Source: a virus
Reading direction: 5' to 3' (one strand)
Virus record (IMG/VR): IMGVR_UViG_3300045988_166882
DNA: 64,000 bases
Shown: one piece after another, positions 44,198 to 53,311 of the stretch
Numbering within the stretch: position 1 is the stretch's first letter
Layout of the letters: every line of letters begins with the position of its first letter
Translations under genes and position numbers: made by a program
The notes under the pieces: generated by a model
The model's input: only the letters and a program-made list of their open reading frames with translations
Databases searched by the model: none
What the model was told of the DNA's origin: nothing

Positions 44198-44209
44198 GGT
44201 CCACTGGGT
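44198..44209 (-). repeat. right copy of the inverted 12-mer
   Basis: The + strand reads GGTCCACTGGGT, so the minus strand reads ACCCAGTGGACC, in the same codon phase (TQWT). Confidence 0.5.
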
Positions 44210-44286
44210 GGGGACGTGTTTTGCCCCACGTCAACACGATTCGCCATTACAAGTATAACGCTGATAACAGTACACTATCGTAAAAC

Positions 44287-45831
44287 ATGTTTAAGGACGA
44301 TAAATTCAATTTCTGGTGCCCTATCGGGCGCATCGAGAAGGCCACCGACGAAGCGGGTGAACCCGTTATGCGTATCGGCGGTATTGCCTCTACCATGGAT
44401 AAGGACGCCGATGGCGAATACCTCGATCCCACGGGGTTTGACATCGAGCCGCTGAAGAACTCCGGAATGGTTAACTGGCACCACCAAGCCAAGAACTCCC
44501 CAGCCGCTATTATCGGTGAGCCGTCGAAGGTCGAGTTGCGTCCTGAAGGTCTTTGGATCGAGAGCGACCTGTACGCTTCGTCGCCTATGGCTAATGAGGT
44601 CTACGAACTGGCCAAAACTCTCGAAGAAGACAGCAAGACGCGCCGCTTGGGGTATTCCATCGAAGGAAAGGTTGTAAAGCGTGCTTCTAACGACAAGAAG
44701 TCGCCCCTCTACAACAAGATCGTTAAGGCCGTTATCACTGGCGTGGCCGTAACCCACATGCCCAAGAATCCTCATACGTTCGTCAACATCATAAAAGGCC
44801 AAATCGACGCCGACGGCATTGAGGTCGATTTGGAGGAAGAGGACGACAACGCCGAACAGCGCGGTGGTGATACCGAGAAGAAGGCTCTTACTACGTCCAG
44901 TGGCGCAGCGTTGATGCCTGAGTCGGTCGACGGCCAACCGAAGAAAACGTTCTCGAAATCTTCCGTCATGGAATGTATCTTCCGCGACATTCCAAATATT
45001 ACAATACCGAACGCCCAAGAAGTGTACACTTTAATCAAAAACATATCGGTTATGAACAAACGCAAATCCATCACTTCCGAGGACATCGAGAAGGCATACG
45101 ACGCTCTGGGGCTGAATCCCGAGGGTAAGGTTGCCGCCGATGCCGAAGACGTGCAAAAGGGTGACGACGCCGACGGCCAGATGGGTAAGGAAGACGAAAC
45201 CCACGACGACGAGCCGCGTCATAACGCCGCCAACATGAAAAATGCTAAGGCCGGCAAGAAGGAGGAATCCGAAGAGGAGACCGAAGACGACGACGAGGGC
45301 TTCGAGCAGTGCGACAAGAACGGAGCCAAGATGAAGAAGGCCGCCGACAACGACCTCATGAAGGCTATTCAGGGCATTGGTAACGACTTCAAGTCGTACA
45401 TCAAAGCTACTGCCGTACTGGTGAACGATCTCCGTCAGAAACGCGCTGAGGACGCTAAACGTATCGCCGAACTCGAAGACGTCATCAAAGGCCAGACCGA
45501 GGTCATCGAAGGCTTCTCTACCAAACTGGAACGCTACGGCAGCGAGGTTCCGCGCCCCAAGTCGCTGCGTTCGGCTACGGTGGTTGACCGCGCTTTCGCC
45601 AAGGGTGACACCAAAGGCGACATCGAGAAGGCCGACGGCATTACCCGTATCTCCATGACGGAGCATCCCAAGGCCGTTGCTTCGCTGCTCGATCAGGCGT
45701 CGTTCGCCAAGGGCTACGACAAGGAGTACGGTGACGCGCTTTTGGCGTTTGAGGCCAGGCCGGAAGACGGCGTTCCTTCGAACATCATCGCTCGTCTGAA
45801 GGCGGAAACCGGATACGAGATCGTGAAGTAG
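44287..45831 (+). CDS. prohead serine protease fused to an acidic/coiled-coil scaffold-like C-terminus
   Basis: IGGIASTMDKDADGEYLDP, VNWHHQ, RRLGYSIEGKV and ITGVAVTHMPKNPHT match the HK97-type prohead protease pattern. The C-terminal half is Asp/Glu/Lys-rich. Confidence 0.75.
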   Translation: MFKDDKFNFWCPIGRIEKATDEAGEPVMRIGGIASTMDKDADGEYLDPTGFDIEPLKNSGMVNWHHQAKNSPAAIIGEPSKVELRPEGLWIESDLYASSPMANEVYELAKTLEEDSKTRRLGYSIEGKVVKRASNDKKSPLYNKIVKAVITGVAVTHMPKNPHTFVNIIKGQIDADGIEVDLEEEDDNAEQRGGDTEKKALTTSSGAALMPESVDGQPKKTFSKSSVMECIFRDIPNITIPNAQEVYTLIKNISVMNKRKSITSEDIEKAYDALGLNPEGKVAADAEDVQKGDDADGQMGKEDETHDDEPRHNAANMKNAKAGKKEESEEETEDDDEGFEQCDKNGAKMKKAADNDLMKAIQGIGNDFKSYIKATAVLVNDLRQKRAEDAKRIAELEDVIKGQTEVIEGFSTKLERYGSEVPRPKSLRSATVVDRAFAKGDTKGDIEKADGITRISMTEHPKAVASLLDQASFAKGYDKEYGDALLAFEARPEDGVPSNIIARLKAETGYEIVK

Positions 45832-45871
45832 AAACACCCAAACTATTCCATAACATAATCAATTCCAAATC

Positions 45872-47359
45872 ATGGACAGACTTTCTATCAATCTCGCCGA
45901 CTATGGCATCCAAGCGCGTGGTGCCCAGTACGGCTCGTCCAGTCAGGAAGAGGTCGCTGCGCTGAACAAAGCCCTCGAAGCCACCGACATCACGGGTCGT
46001 CAGACGACGAACCTTACCGATGCCTCCGGTGCGCCGCTGAAGGTGGAGTCGCTGGAGCGTACTCTGAAGCACCTGACGTTCCGTGAGAGCGACATCGTTC
46101 TCTGGAAGAACCTGCCGAAAAAGGCCGCCTACAACACCGTTGAGGAGTACAACCAGTTGGCATCGTACGGTGCTGACCGCGGTGGCTTCACCAACGAAGG
46201 CGAACTCCCCGACGAGGAAGACTCGATCTACATCCGTCGGGCTCAGCTGGTGAAATACCTCGGCGTCACCAAGTCGGTTACGCACCAGATGACCCTCGTC
46301 AACACGATGGTGGGCAACATCATGGAGCGCACCATCAAAGACGGTACGCTGTGGATTCTCCGCAAGCTGAACAAGTCGCTGTACTACGGCAACTCGGACA
46401 TCATCCCGCAGGAGTTCAACGGTCTGCTGGCTCAGCAGCTGCAGTCGGACGCATGGAGCGGTCTGGACGCTTACCTCAACTCTGAGAACGTGATCGACCT
46501 TCGCGGTCGTGGCCTGACCGAGGACCCCATCGAGACGGCTGCCAACTCGATCGTCGAGAACTACGGCCTCGGAACCGAGCTGTATGCTCCCCCCGCCGTT
46601 CTTTCGGACTTCGTCAAGACGTTCTACGGCAACAAGTTCATCCAGCCCAACACCGCCCAGACCAGCGCCGGTATCATGGGTCAGCGCGTTCAGGCGTTCG
46701 ACTCGCAGTTCGGCCGCATCGGCCTCAACTACGACGTCTTCTTCAAGAAGGCTCCGTTCAAGGTTGCTGGTGCTCAGTCGACGCATCCCAAGTCGCCCGC
46801 CGCTCCCGTATGGGACACCGCCGCTCCGGCTACGGTTGTTGCTGACGTGACGACCTCGAAGTTCAACTCGGAGGACGCTGGCAACTACATCTACGCTATC
46901 GCAGCCATCAACCGCCACGGCGAGTCGTCGCTGGTGGTGAACGAGACTCCGGTGGCCGTGACTGCGGGGTCGGTCGTTGACCTCAAGTTCTCGATCGTGG
47001 ACAACGCTCACCCGGCTACGGGTTATCGCGTGTACCGTTCGAAGAAGGGTGGCGACAAGAACAGCAAACTGTACCCGATCTTCGACATCTCGGTGGCTCA
47101 GCTGAAACTGGGTTACGCAGGGGCTGCCGGCGATCTGTGCCGCGATAACAACTACTTCCTGCCCGACTGCGATCAGGCCTTCCTGGTTCAGTTCGACAAC
47201 GAAGTGATCGAGTTCGCTCAGCTGGCTCCGCTGATGAAGATGGACCTCGCGATTCTGTCGCCTGCGTACCGCTTCATGGTGCTGCTGTACGGTACGCCGT
47301 TCCTGTACGCGCCGAAGAAGTTGGTCCGCCTGATCAACATCGGACGCGCCTCCAACTAA
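45872..47359 (+). CDS. major capsid protein (HK97-fold by position)
   Basis: 495-aa ORF directly after the protease/scaffold gene, followed by a strong hairpin. Confidence 0.7.
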   Translation: MDRLSINLADYGIQARGAQYGSSSQEEVAALNKALEATDITGRQTTNLTDASGAPLKVESLERTLKHLTFRESDIVLWKNLPKKAAYNTVEEYNQLASYGADRGGFTNEGELPDEEDSIYIRRAQLVKYLGVTKSVTHQMTLVNTMVGNIMERTIKDGTLWILRKLNKSLYYGNSDIIPQEFNGLLAQQLQSDAWSGLDAYLNSENVIDLRGRGLTEDPIETAANSIVENYGLGTELYAPPAVLSDFVKTFYGNKFIQPNTAQTSAGIMGQRVQAFDSQFGRIGLNYDVFFKKAPFKVAGAQSTHPKSPAAPVWDTAAPATVVADVTTSKFNSEDAGNYIYAIAAINRHGESSLVVNETPVAVTAGSVVDLKFSIVDNAHPATGYRVYRSKKGGDKNSKLYPIFDISVAQLKLGYAGAAGDLCRDNNYFLPDCDQAFLVQFDNEVIEFAQLAPLMKMDLAILSPAYRFMVLLYGTPFLYAPKKLVRLINIGRASN

Positions 47360-47377
47360 CGAAACAATCGTTCAACC

Positions 47378-47416
47378 GAGAAGCGGGGGTGGGGGTAGCC
47401 CCATCTCCGCTTTCTC
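47378..47416 (+). terminator. strong hairpin / terminator after the capsid gene
   Basis: GAGAAGCGGGGGTGGGG/CCCCATCTCCGCTTTCTC, an imperfect long stem. Confidence 0.5.
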
Positions 47417-47431
47417 ATTAAATCGTTTACA

Positions 47432-47815
47432 ATGAAACTGAAAACCACCAATGCGTCCCTGTACGGTTCGCGCCTCGCTGTCCCCGTTGACGGCACCATT
47501 CAAATCGACCGCAACGGCGAGATCAACGTATCTGAAGCCTGCGCCAAACATCTGCTGACGCTGCCCGAATGGCAGGCCGTTGCAGGAAAGAAGGCTGAAA
47601 AGGCCGCCGAGGAGACCGCCGCCGAAGCCACGGCCGAGGATCAGGACAAGGTCGTCATTGACCAGATTCGCGCCATGTCGCTCGACGAGATGCTCGAGAC
47701 CGCCGCCGAAGCAGGTTATCCTGAGGACGAGTTCAAGAAGTTCAAGAAGAACCCCAAATTGATGGCAGCCTATCTGGTGAAGAAATACAAGGCCGCTGTC
47801 ACCTCTGAGGAGTAG
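47432..47815 (+). CDS. hypothetical head-associated protein
   Basis: 127-aa ORF, Ala/Glu-rich in the centre. Function assigned from position only. Confidence 0.6.
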   Translation: MKLKTTNASLYGSRLAVPVDGTIQIDRNGEINVSEACAKHLLTLPEWQAVAGKKAEKAAEETAAEATAEDQDKVVIDQIRAMSLDEMLETAAEAGYPEDEFKKFKKNPKLMAAYLVKKYKAAVTSEE

Positions 47816-47855
47816 TTTCCTCGTCTCACCGTTACGACTCGCAAAACAGACCAAA

Positions 47856-48650
47856 ATGACTCTTCAATTAGACATCCTCTATAACAAGAACGAAGGCCTC
47901 GTGTTAAGCCCTTCGGAACTGGCTGAAAACTACCTTTTCGGCATTCCGATGTGTGCACCCGATGGCCAGCGCGTTTCGGAGTCTTCGATCAAGACCCAGA
48001 TCAAGGTAGCGCAGGCGCAGGTAGAACACCTGTTGTCGGTGAAACTCAAAAAGCAGGTCATCGAAGAGAGCCGCGACTACATTCGCGAAGAGTGGAACAA
48101 CTGGGGTTTCGTCCGCGCGATGTACCCCGTGGTCTGTATTCGTTCGTTGTGCGGTTTCATCAACTCTGTAATGCAGACCCGCTACCCCTCCGAGTGGCTT
48201 TCCATCAAGAAGATCGCTTCTGTGGCCGTGTACCGTAATATCTCGCTGATCCCCAATTCGGGTTCCGGAAAGGGCGCCATCATGACGCAGAACTCGTACG
48301 TGTACAACGGTATTGCCCCTAACTTGGGGTGGTTTGGTCAAAAGTACATCCCTAACTACTGGCGGTTGAAATACGTCACCGGGTGGGACGAAATACCCGC
48401 CGACCTGTTGAACTTTATTGCCAAGGCAGCAGCGTTGAACGTGCTGGCAGTAATAGGCGATGTACTTTACGGCGTGGGCATGTCGTCGGTGAGTATCTCA
48501 CTCGATGGTGTGTCACAAAACACGCCGTTGACACGTTCGGCCCAAGGCGGCCTATTCGGCGGCCGCATCAAGTTATATCTGGACGAACTGAATCAACAAC
48601 TGCCGAATCTGAAGAACCAATACCGCGGTATCGCGTTTGATGTACTGTAA
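47856..48650 (+). CDS. putative head-tail connector/neck protein
   Basis: 264-aa ORF between the capsid and sheath genes; synteny only. Confidence 0.6.
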   Translation: MTLQLDILYNKNEGLVLSPSELAENYLFGIPMCAPDGQRVSESSIKTQIKVAQAQVEHLLSVKLKKQVIEESRDYIREEWNNWGFVRAMYPVVCIRSLCGFINSVMQTRYPSEWLSIKKIASVAVYRNISLIPNSGSGKGAIMTQNSYVYNGIAPNLGWFGQKYIPNYWRLKYVTGWDEIPADLLNFIAKAAALNVLAVIGDVLYGVGMSSVSISLDGVSQNTPLTRSAQGGLFGGRIKLYLDELNQQLPNLKNQYRGIAFDVL

Positions 48651-49483
48651 TGGCCAAAAAGCAATCCATACTGAGCGCGTCGCTCGTTGACACCCCACCC
48701 GTGAGCCTGACCCCCGCGCAACCGGGGCGTCCGGCCGTGGGCTGGGACGTCGGCCGTTTTGAACGCCTTATCTACGATCAGGGGTACGACGCCTACATCG
48801 ACCGCGCCATGCGCTGCCCGTGCGTGGACAAGACCAGCGGTCAAGCCTCATCGACGTGCCAAAACTGCTACGGCCGAGGATGGTTCTTCGTCAATCGCCG
48901 TGAAACGCGCCTCATAGCCCAGACCATGGGCAACCGCCGCAAGTACGAAGAGTGGAGCGAACTCAACATCGGCACCGCCGCTATCACGGCCCGTGCCGTT
49001 GATCGTATGGGGTTCATGGACCGCGTCGTGCTGTTGGACTTGGAGGGGTATTTCTCTGAGATACTCCGGCCGACTATCTACCGTAACGAACTGTTCGCTT
49101 ACCCAGTGTACGAACCCTTGGAAGTGACCGACATCTTCCTTCATGTAGCCGACGGCGAACCGTTGCGGCCGCTTACTACGGCAGAGTTCCGCGTGGACAA
49201 GAACAGGGTCGTTTTCAGCAAGGATTTGATCGGCATGGTAGAAAGTAACGACCCTAACGCTAAAGCCGGCAATTTGACCGTTTCTATTCGCTACAAGCAC
49301 TACCCCGTCTATCACATAATCGACGTTGACCGCGAACTCATGCAAGTGCGCGAAGGTAAGCCCTGCGCCGTGGATCGCGGAGCGTTGACCGCTATGCCAG
49401 TGAAGGTCGTTGGCCGCAAGGCGGAGTACGTATTCCCGCCCATGCGCTACGGCGACGTCCCCTACGATAACACCGTGAAGTAA
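48650..49483 (+). CDS. putative neck/head-completion protein with a Cys4 cluster
   Basis: 277-aa ORF containing CPCVDK..CQNCYGRG; synteny only. Confidence 0.6.
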   Translation: MAKKQSILSASLVDTPPVSLTPAQPGRPAVGWDVGRFERLIYDQGYDAYIDRAMRCPCVDKTSGQASSTCQNCYGRGWFFVNRRETRLIAQTMGNRRKYEEWSELNIGTAAITARAVDRMGFMDRVVLLDLEGYFSEILRPTIYRNELFAYPVYEPLEVTDIFLHVADGEPLRPLTTAEFRVDKNRVVFSKDLIGMVESNDPNAKAGNLTVSIRYKHYPVYHIIDVDRELMQVREGKPCAVDRGALTAMPVKVVGRKAEYVFPPMRYGDVPYDNTVK

Positions 49484-50286
49484 TGGCACGGCCCATCAAC
49501 ATAGACGTCACGGGTTTAGGAGCCCAGTTTGGACTCACCCAAGCCCAGATCGACGACCTGACCGAGTTGTGTGTTCAGGCCGTCACGGCAGCCGTCTATG
49601 CGAATTGGCAGGCCCAAGCCAAGCAGGGACTCAATTCAACACGCCCCGAATACCTCCAAAATCTCAACATCATCGACCGTGGCCGCTTTGCCAAGTCGAT
49701 CGTCCTCACGGGGGAACTACCAGTGATGCTGGAGGCCGGGGCAACCCCTTTCGACCAGAAGGAGTATTTCCAGCGGTCATCGCGTGTCCGCCACACCGTT
49801 CCCGTACTACGCAAAGACGGTACGGTACTGAAGCCCGGCGGCGATTGGTATCTGACTGTTCCGTTCCGCCATGGTACGCCCGGCACGGTTGGTCAGGCAG
49901 GATTCTCTGACGAAATGCCTCAAGAGGTTTACAACGTGGTACGCACGTTCGTTACCGGGCAGCGGTTACGCGCTTCGCAGATTCCTTCGCCGTACAACAT
50001 ACCGACTACACGCCGTGCCGTGGCAGCTACTGACCGCTCGCCGGCATACGGGGCTTACCTGCGTAAGCACTCCATCTACGAGGGCATCACCAAGATGACT
50101 GGCGTGTACGCGCGTACCACCCAGAACATGTACGTTTCGTTCCGCCGGGCGTCAAAGAACAGCGATCCGCTGAGTTGGATATTCCCCGGTTTGGCCGCAA
50201 GACGGTTTGCCGACAAGGCCCTCGACCAGACGGACGTTGAAACCATAGTACATAACGAATCGGTTAATTTCTTGGAAAACTTATGA
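49483..50286 (+). CDS. putative neck/tail-completion protein
   Basis: 267-aa ORF with a TAATG overlap; synteny only. Confidence 0.6.
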   Translation: MARPINIDVTGLGAQFGLTQAQIDDLTELCVQAVTAAVYANWQAQAKQGLNSTRPEYLQNLNIIDRGRFAKSIVLTGELPVMLEAGATPFDQKEYFQRSSRVRHTVPVLRKDGTVLKPGGDWYLTVPFRHGTPGTVGQAGFSDEMPQEVYNVVRTFVTGQRLRASQIPSPYNIPTTRRAVAATDRSPAYGAYLRKHSIYEGITKMTGVYARTTQNMYVSFRRASKNSDPLSWIFPGLAARRFADKALDQTDVETIVHNESVNFLENL

Positions 50287-50987
50287 AAGTAGACGCCATT
50301 ATCTTGCCTGAAGTGATAATCGCCCGCGTGCTGAACGCCATCGTGAAGATGATACGCGACGATATCGCCATGACGCTACCCGCTGACGTCAAGAACACCA
50401 TCCTGTATCAGCTGCTTGGCGCCAACGAAGACGACCAGCCTATCCACATGAACGCTTATAACTACTTCAAGCAGGCGGTCAAGATATTCTCTAACCCGGC
50501 GAATTTGGAGGTCCATTTGGGATACAACGCTCAGGTAACTACAGCCCTCGCCGTTCATATCATTTTGCCCGGTGAACAAGCCTCTAATGCCCCGCTGGGT
50601 GAGGGGCAGGAGTGGGACGCTGACGCCGAGCAATTCATGTACACGCAGTGGATGGATGCGCAGTACCAGATTCTCATCACGTCGGATAATTCATCCGAGG
50701 CCATGATTGCCTACAACGTGTTGAAATCCATGCTGCTGATGTACGCACCAAACCTCGACTTGGTAGGGTTACGCATCCCGCGGGTATCGGGCGGCGATAT
50801 CATCCTCCAGCAGGACATCATCCCGCCAACCGTATTCCACAAAGCCCTCACGCTGGCGTTCAAATACGAGGTTACGGTTCCAACAAGATTGCGTGCCCAA
50901 GTCGTAAAGGCCATCAGCTACAATTATAACATTTGCGACCCGTTTGGCGGTGAAGTGATAATCCCCGGCGGCGATGAAACCGAATAA
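50283..50987 (+). CDS. putative tail-completion/terminator protein
   Basis: 234-aa ORF just upstream of the sheath gene; synteny only. Confidence 0.6.
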   Translation: MKVDAIILPEVIIARVLNAIVKMIRDDIAMTLPADVKNTILYQLLGANEDDQPIHMNAYNYFKQAVKIFSNPANLEVHLGYNAQVTTALAVHIILPGEQASNAPLGEGQEWDADAEQFMYTQWMDAQYQILITSDNSSEAMIAYNVLKSMLLMYAPNLDLVGLRIPRVSGGDIILQQDIIPPTVFHKALTLAFKYEVTVPTRLRAQVVKAISYNYNICDPFGGEVIIPGGDETE

Positions 50988-51016
50988 ATACCAAACTTTT
51001 CTAAACATACAACATT

Positions 51017-52702
51017 ATGAGTACTGTGGTAACGATGAATGGCAAAACCTACGTTGAGCCGGGTTCGTACGCAATCACTGTCTACCAGCCTACTTCGGTA
51101 GTCAACGTGGCCTCGTTTGGCCGCGTCATGATTATCGACACGGGCCTCTCTCAGGAGAAGGCAGGCGACGCGACGTACGAGTTCGCTGGCGGCGCGGGTA
51201 TTGCCGGCGTTGACGCTTCCGGGCGCAAGGCCATTTACGCTTTCGAGAATTTCGAGGACTTCTCGGACTTTATGGGTGGCGGTATGATCACCGACATCGC
51301 TCAAAAGCTATTCACGCCGATCGACGGTGCGCTGGGTACGCCGCGTCTGTACTATACCCGTGCAGCCAAGACCACGCCTGCAACGTTGAGTATCGGCGCT
51401 GACACCAATTCTATCGTCCTGACGTGTTTGAACGAAGGCGCGGTTGGTAACGGTGTAGCTGAAGGCGATATGAGCGAACTGTCGAACGGCACGCTGGAGA
51501 ACCTCAAGGTGGGCTACGCCCTCGCGATTAAGGCAGGCGTTGATGACACGTCGAAATTCATCGTCACCATCTACCGAGGTAACTACCGCGGTACGGACGC
51601 TGCGGGTGAACCTTACGGCACCTATTCGCTGGCTGACGCTTACGGTGAGATGGTTGCCCAGTCGGGTGAGATTGGAACGTACGACGAACTTTACAACTGG
51701 TTGCTGACGTCGTCGATGGCCATGGCCAACTTCCGCCCGTCGAAGGGTGCAGGCTATGTAGGCACGACCGCGCTGAAAGTAACCGCTCCGGCACTGTTCG
51801 CTGGTGGCACCACGTCGTATAAGGGTTCGAAGGGCGAGAACGAATACTACCCCGACGTGCTGGAGGCTATCCGCGAGTTGGAGGTTACGTTCTTCCTGTG
51901 TACGGACTACGGTGTAGTCAACGGCGCCAAGGCTTCGTCCAACGGCAAACTGTTCACCTTCCTGAAGAACGACGCCAAGTTTGACGAGTTTATGTTTGTA
52001 CCCGGCGGCGAAGGAAAGGCTGATCTGCTGACGACCAACACCATTACCCAGACTTCGCAGGCGCTGGCTGTACACTACAACGACGAGAAGGTCATCGTCA
52101 CCCACGGTTCGCCTACCGTACCGCGTAAGGACGGCAACGGCACCAAGAACCTGCCGTCGATCTATCTCGCTGCGGCTATCATGGGCCTGAACGCTGGTCT
52201 GGCTGCCCAGACTCCCGTTACGTTCAAGCGCGTGGGATACGACGCCTACGCCTACGATCTCACGTTCAGCGAGCGCGTGAAGGCCCTTCAGGCTGGTATT
52301 ATGCACGTTCGCGAGGTTTCGGGTTACTACCGCGTCAATCAGGGCATCACGTCGCTTCAGAACAACAAGCAGACCATCTCCGAGGACGGCCAGACCTTCG
52401 AATTGTCGATCGCTCTGATCAAGGCTCAGCTGAACAAGGAACTGATCCTCGAAGGCCAAACGCGCTTCACGGGTAACACGGCGGCTCAGGCTTCGCCCAA
52501 CACCGTGAAGGACTTCACCGAAACCAAACTCACGTCGCTCGTGGCCAAGGTAGGTGATGACAACCTGATTATCTCGTGGAAGAACGTGAAGGTTTCGGCC
52601 CGCAACGGCGACTACAAGGTAACGTACGACTTCGTCCCGAACGTTCCGGTCAACAAGACGTTCTTCGTCGGGAACATGCTCGACTATGTTTTCAACTCGT
52701 AA
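51017..52702 (+). CDS. tail sheath protein
   Basis: 561 aa. The N-terminus VEPGSYAITVY..VASFGRVMIIDTG is sheath-like. Followed by tube, chaperones and tape measure. Confidence 0.7.
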   Translation: MSTVVTMNGKTYVEPGSYAITVYQPTSVVNVASFGRVMIIDTGLSQEKAGDATYEFAGGAGIAGVDASGRKAIYAFENFEDFSDFMGGGMITDIAQKLFTPIDGALGTPRLYYTRAAKTTPATLSIGADTNSIVLTCLNEGAVGNGVAEGDMSELSNGTLENLKVGYALAIKAGVDDTSKFIVTIYRGNYRGTDAAGEPYGTYSLADAYGEMVAQSGEIGTYDELYNWLLTSSMAMANFRPSKGAGYVGTTALKVTAPALFAGGTTSYKGSKGENEYYPDVLEAIRELEVTFFLCTDYGVVNGAKASSNGKLFTFLKNDAKFDEFMFVPGGEGKADLLTTNTITQTSQALAVHYNDEKVIVTHGSPTVPRKDGNGTKNLPSIYLAAAIMGLNAGLAAQTPVTFKRVGYDAYAYDLTFSERVKALQAGIMHVREVSGYYRVNQGITSLQNNKQTISEDGQTFELSIALIKAQLNKELILEGQTRFTGNTAAQASPNTVKDFTETKLTSLVAKVGDDNLIISWKNVKVSARNGDYKVTYDFVPNVPVNKTFFVGNMLDYVFNS

Positions 52703-52721
52703 TTAAAGAAAGGAGCGCTAT

Positions 52722-53222
52722 ATGTCGAATAAGAAAGTAATGACTGCACCGCTGGCGATTATCCGCATCAACAGCGTTGCTGTCGGTAAGATGAAGAACG
52801 TCCGCATCACGGAGAACATCCGCCGCGGGCGGGTCGTCGGCCTCGGCAGCCTCACGCCCAGTGAGGTTCCGGCGGTGGAATGGAGCGGATCGCTGAGTTG
52901 CAGTTCGTACTCCATCAATTTCAACCGTCTGGCCAACGTGTCCAAGAAGGGAACCTTCCGCCAGACTACCAGCGTCGAAGAGTGGGCCAACGCCATCCTG
53001 CTTCAGGAAGAGGGCTTGGAGTTCGCTGTTCAGCGTAAGGTCAAAGACGGCGAAATCGACCCCGAAACCGGAATGGTTAAGGCCACCTACGAAACGTTCG
53101 CGCTGGTGAAAGGGGCGTTCGTTACCCGCGAGGGCTTTGACATCCAAGAGGGGCAGATCTCGGGACGTGATACCGAGTTTGAGTACACCAGCCCGATCCT
53201 CTTTGACGGTATCAGCGAGTAA
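52722..53222 (+). CDS. tail tube protein
   Basis: 166-aa ORF directly after the sheath gene, followed by a strong terminator. Confidence 0.65.
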   Translation: MSNKKVMTAPLAIIRINSVAVGKMKNVRITENIRRGRVVGLGSLTPSEVPAVEWSGSLSCSSYSINFNRLANVSKKGTFRQTTSVEEWANAILLQEEGLEFAVQRKVKDGEIDPETGMVKATYETFALVKGAFVTREGFDIQEGQISGRDTEFEYTSPILFDGISE

Positions 53223-53252
53223 CGCCGCGTTATCTACCAACACCAAGTATAA

Positions 53253-53290
53253 AGAGAGTGCTACGGAAAGCCCGTGGTGCTCTCTTTATT
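53253..53290 (+). terminator. rho-independent terminator
   Basis: AGAGAGTGCTACGG/CCGTGGTGCTCTCT 14-bp stem (three G-U pairs) followed by TTATTGTT. Confidence 0.6.
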
Positions 53291-53311
53291 GTTAAACAAA
53301 AATAGTCTAAA

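Noticed and set aside
41218-44230. Diversity-generating retroelement (DGR) acting on the fibre tip.
   Set aside because: There is no reverse transcriptase in the window. The two tip copies are diverged throughout rather than differing at adenine-templated positions of a near-identical TR/VR pair.
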